This document shows positions 63,343-64,000 of a DNA stretch of 64,000 nt, one piece after another (position 1 is the stretch's first letter; each line of letters opens with the position of its first letter). The stretch comes from Octopus sinensis. Taxonomy: Eukaryota. A program made the translations under genes and the position numbers. Below the pieces are notes generated by a model, which worked only from the letters and a program-made list of their open reading frames with translations, made no database searches and had not been told where the DNA came from. Where the stretch lies: contig NC_042997.1 in assembly GCF_006345805.1 (NCBI RefSeq), forward strand, positions 188,046,001 through 188,110,000, in the 5' to 3' direction.

Positions 63343-64000
63343 AATATTGCTTCAGATTAGAGTCTTTAGATTTATGCTTGATGAAAACTACTTCTGTTTG
63401 GGAAGTTAGTTGCTTAACAAGAATTACCTTCTGCTTCACACTCTTGGCTTAAATGATTTATATCAAGATTAATTTTGGGACAAGCCATTAATAAAAATAT
63501 CTCTATAAAGTCTAAGGTGAGAAACAACTGTTAGTATCATTGAAAGACTTTTTACTATATACAGAGAATTCTTATGACTTTGAATAGTGGCTGGTTGTAA
63601 TAGCAATTATTGTTGATATATCGGTGGTAGCTTTATAATAAAGGTGTTGAGAGTACCAGGAGTAATAGTTTGGATGATTTTCTCTTTAAAAAAGTGTAAA
63701 ACAGATGTCAATATACAAAAACATTACATACAAGTTTTGTCTTGCTTCAGTCAGCCTTCATGAAGCAAATCTATGATCAAAGGCATCCAAGCCATGAGCA
63801 TCCAATCACCTTTTTTTTTTCAAAGTATAGTATGTAATCTGGACTACATTCAATGTATTCTTTCTCAAGACACTAAGATATGATTTTTGAGTGGTTTAGC
63901 TTAATGAGTCAAAGAAGCTACAGTACATGTAGTGAAGACATTATGAATTCTCATAAAATACTTTCCAATCATATACTCTTTTACTTGTTTCAGTCATTTG

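Noticed and set aside
1-64000. Host gene exons
   Set aside because: No ORF or splice-bounded segment with recognisable non-TE homology; small exons cannot be excluded without transcript data

Overview
AT-rich, microsatellite-dense eukaryotic DNA made almost entirely of transposable elements. The tRNA-derived SINE and RTE tail families resemble those I recall from coleoid cephalopods (Octopus); that assignment is inference. I found no convincing host protein-coding exon, and most ORFs in the track are microsatellite or antisense artefacts. Main contents: (1) a compact, apparently intact 4.25-kb Ty3/Gypsy LTR retrotransposon (15949-20196, minus strand) inserted into an RTE LINE. It has a 5-bp TSD, 274-bp LTRs, and a G-GGA-AAC -1 frameshift site with a pseudoknot. 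Its primer-binding site is non-canonical and exactly complementary to the first 12 nt (5' end) of tRNA-Phe. (2) A 535-bp non-coding tandem array (21101-22581) with a type I hammerhead ribozyme in every monomer (retrozyme or Penelope pLTR-like). About ten further intact or decayed hammerhead motifs from several unrelated families occur elsewhere, many in fold-back elements. (3) An RTE insertion (57778-62327) with a twin-priming-type 5' inversion, a tandemly amplified 3'UTR and a PHD finger inside the RT ORF. (4) Decayed Tc1/mariner, RTE-BovB, CR1/Jockey-like and Penelope (GIY-YIG) remnants, many SINE copies and simple repeats.
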